Source: Promethearchaeota archaeon | GTDB taxonomy: Archaea > Asgardarchaeota > Lokiarchaeia > Sigyniarchaeales > SOKP01 | Length of the DNA: 64,000 bases | Direction: 5' to 3' | NCBI GenBank assembly: GCA_048939995.1 | Contig: JBHLOY010000012.1 | Span: 16,281-80,280 of the forward strand | Shown here: positions 61,673 to 64,000 of the stretch, in pieces | Numbering within the stretch: position 1 is the first letter of the stretch | How the letters are laid out: every line of letters starts with the position of its first letter | Position numbers and translations under genes: made by a program | The notes under the pieces: generated by a model | Databases searched by the model: none | The model's input: only the letters and a program-made list of their open reading frames with translations | Told to the model about the DNA's origin: nothing

Positions 61673-62749
61673 ATGAACGTAAAATTTAAAGAAATATATG
61701 CAGAAGCATTGGTTATTCTAATTTTAATTATAGTTTCATTTATATTAATCTATTATGTCGAAATTATCCTTAGAACAACTCTCCTTATTGCTCATTTTTT
61801 CTACTTCCCTTCTATTTTGTCCTGTATATGGTGGAAAAAACGAGGTTTAGTAGTTCCCATTTTATTAACTATTCTATTAATAACTATTCACAGTATTGCA
61901 CTTGAAGATTTTTTTAATCCAGATTTAATTAATAATTTGTTGAGAGGATTTTCATTAATACTCGTCTCAATAGTCGTTGCATATCTATCAGAAAAAATTT
62001 CTAAAAAGGAAATAGAATTAAATGATATTATAAACGATTTGAAGCGCTCAAATGAAGATTTACAACAATTTGCTTATGTTGCTTCACATGATCTACAAGA
62101 ACCTTTACGAGCAATTACTAGTTTTTCTCAACTTCTCGAAGATAAATTTTGGGATAAATTAGATCAAGATGGCAAGGATTTCATTTCCTTTATTACAGAT
62201 GGTGCTAAAAAAATGAATACTCTCATCAAAGATCTATTAACATATTCACGGATTACGACACATGCTAAACCTCCTAAATTGATTGATCTTGAGATCATTT
62301 TAAAAGAAGCCATATTTAATTTACATGAAGCAATCAAAGAGAGTAGTGCAAATATAACTTATGATAAAATGCCAACACTGAAAGTTGATAAAACTCAATT
62401 TGTGCAACTTTTTCAAAATCTCATAAGCAATGGTATAAAATTTCGAAGAGAAGAACCACCAAGAATACATATAGGTGCAAAATTGCTTAATAAAGACTGG
62501 ATATTTTCTGTATCAGATAATGGGATTGGGATTGAAGCTAAATATTTTGATCGTATTTATAATATTTTTTATAGATTACATACTAAAGAAGAATATCCCG
62601 GTACAGGAATAGGGTTACCTATATGTAAAAAAATTATTAATAGATATGGTGGAAAAATATGGGTAAAATCAGAGATAGGTAAAGGATCGACTTTCTTTTT
62701 TAATATTCCAGTTAAAAAAACTAAAAGTACATTAATCAAGAGGGAGTGA
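61673..62749 (+). CDS. Membrane sensor histidine kinase (Cph1/BphP-type kinase core)
   Basis: 3-4 TM segments; SNEDLQQFAYVASHDLQEPLR, QNLISNGIKF, DNGIGI, GTGIGL, GKGSTF. Confidence 0.93.
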   Translation: MNVKFKEIYAEALVILILIIVSFILIYYVEIILRTTLLIAHFFYFPSILSCIWWKKRGLVVPILLTILLITIHSIALEDFFNPDLINNLLRGFSLILVSIVVAYLSEKISKKEIELNDIINDLKRSNEDLQQFAYVASHDLQEPLRAITSFSQLLEDKFWDKLDQDGKDFISFITDGAKKMNTLIKDLLTYSRITTHAKPPKLIDLEIILKEAIFNLHEAIKESSANITYDKMPTLKVDKTQFVQLFQNLISNGIKFRREEPPRIHIGAKLLNKDWIFSVSDNGIGIEAKYFDRIYNIFYRLHTKEEYPGTGIGLPICKKIINRYGGKIWVKSEIGKGSTFFFNIPVKKTKSTLIKRE

Positions 62750-62755
62750 GGATAT

Positions 62756-63202
62756 ATGATAAATATAAAAAGAAAAAAAAGTTTCAATATTTTACTTGTT
62801 GAAGACAATTTAGCAGATATTCGTCTTACAGAGGAGGCTATTAGCAAAAGCCAAATCATTAGTAATTTAAATGTTGTTAAGGACGGAGTCGAAGCAATTA
62901 ATTTCTTAAAAAAAGTAGGAAAATATTCTAAGATGACCAGACCTGATTTGATCTTGTTAGATTTAAATTTACCAAAGAAGAATGGTCTTGAAGTTCTAAA
63001 GGAGATTAAACAAGATGATCACTTAAAACGAATTCCTATCATTGTTCTAACTATTTCAGGTGCTGAAGAAGATTTAGTAAAAGCATATGATCTTCATGCT
63101 AACTGTTTAATAAATAAACCAATAGATGTTAAAGATTTTTATAGAATTATGAAAATAATGGAAGAATTTTGGTTTAGGATAGTTAAACTTCCTGAAGATT
63201 AA
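62756..63202 (+). CDS. Single-domain response regulator (Rcp1-like)
   Basis: LLVEDN, PDLILLDLNLP, IPIIVLT, AN..I.KP, FW. Confidence 0.93.
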   Translation: MINIKRKKSFNILLVEDNLADIRLTEEAISKSQIISNLNVVKDGVEAINFLKKVGKYSKMTRPDLILLDLNLPKKNGLEVLKEIKQDDHLKRIPIIVLTISGAEEDLVKAYDLHANCLINKPIDVKDFYRIMKIMEEFWFRIVKLPED

Positions 63203-63290
63203 TTATAACTGACGCTGTTTTAACTGGTTAAAGTGAATTCATAAACCCATAAAATCTTTGAAGTTCAAAATCCTAAAATAAAAAAAAAGA

Positions 63291-63917
63291 TTAAGGGAAA
63301 AAAGTTTGAGCGTCTCTCTGGGTAAAATAGTTAAGCCACGCATCGTATCTTATCCACTCACCTTCTCCTCTCGGTTTTACGTATGTCCTTTGCCCTCGGA
63401 ATTTGATATAACGGTGAGGACTATCATCTTGGTGCTTTAATTTCTGTCTGTGAGCCATATAAATAAATACTGCTATTATAATAACAAAAATAATAATAGA
63501 AATCGGCCACAATGGGATTGGAACGAAAAGAAAGCCTATTCCAAATGCTAATCCACATAAAAGAGAAGTAATTACATCATAATAAGAACTTCTTGATGAT
63601 TTATGTTGACTACTCCATAGACTAAGCTCCCTATTACAATTCTCGCATAATGGAACTCTAATTGATCTCGTTTTATACGAAGTATATCTCCTATGTGTTG
63701 TACTCACAGTTTCAGAATGATTAAACACCGTTAAGAAGGAAGTTGATCCGCATTTTAAGCATTCTAAACCTAATGACCTTGTTTGTTCCATATTACTCTG
63801 TACATTTACTAGGCCTTCCATTTGGGTCTTTTGAATTTGGGTTAGATCATATCCGCATTCGCCACAAAACTCCCATGATTCCTTTAAAACAGTTCCACAT
63901 TTAGGACAATAACTCAT
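63291..63917 (-). CDS. Zinc-ribbon membrane protein
   Basis: CPKCG...CGECG, CLKCG...CENC, two TM helices. Confidence 0.78.
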   Translation of the reverse strand: MSYCPKCGTVLKESWEFCGECGYDLTQIQKTQMEGLVNVQSNMEQTRSLGLECLKCGSTSFLTVFNHSETVSTTHRRYTSYKTRSIRVPLCENCNRELSLWSSQHKSSRSSYYDVITSLLCGLAFGIGFLFVPIPLWPISIIIFVIIIAVFIYMAHRQKLKHQDDSPHRYIKFRGQRTYVKPRGEGEWIRYDAWLNYFTQRDAQTFFP

Positions 63918-64000
63918 AATGTTTCATCCTCTAGGTTTTTGTCTATAAATTAATTTTTGATTAACTTTATATATAAATCTTATTAGTGATAAGGATCTTA

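Noticed and set aside
1377-62859. Short ORF-track entries antisense to or nested in long genes (e.g. 2201-2491, 11605-11904, 27717-28025, 40857-41195, 43218-43547, 53414-53746, 61104-61421)
   Set aside because: Shadow ORFs of well-supported genes, with no recognisable motifs
1-64000. Genome-wide UGA reassignment (Trp/Gly/Cys)
   Set aside because: Many complete genes end in TGA and other genes have no internal TGA; recoding is confined to one locus
1-64000. CRISPR arrays, tRNA/rRNA genes, IS elements, prophage
   Set aside because: No regular repeat-spacer units, GC-rich structural RNA blocks, transposase or integrase motifs seen by eye

Overview
AT-rich archaeal chromosomal segment, most likely Asgard (Lokiarchaeia/Promethearchaeota). 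This rests on a Loki-type profilin, Rag-like and MglA-like small GTPases, an arrestin-like protein, a PGY-type C-terminally anchored surface protein, PAN ATPase and many FrhB/HdrA paralogues. No rRNA, tRNA, CRISPR array or transposase was recognised. The main hidden feature is a selenocysteine-recoded operon that the ORF track breaks up or misses. hdrA (26224-28167) has three in-frame TGA codons and mvhD (28172-28612) has two, all at positions that are Cys in Cys-type paralogues in this window. A single eukaryote-like kink-turn SECIS hairpin (AUGA...GA) overlaps the mvhD stop codon. The pair heads a hydrogenase-free hdrA(Sec)-mvhD(Sec)-frhB-frhB-hdrD-hdrA(tandem)-mvhD(Cys) flavin-bifurcation cluster. 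A second region (about 8.7-22 kb) is rich in eukaryotic-signature proteins. It includes a profilin with a long C-terminal extension and a C-terminal beta-sandwich domain shared by the arrestin-like protein and an FrhB-like oxidoreductase. At the right end, a receiver-Lrp/AsnC fusion with a kinase and an Rcp-type regulator sits next to gdhA. All assignments come from motif recognition by eye; no searches were run.
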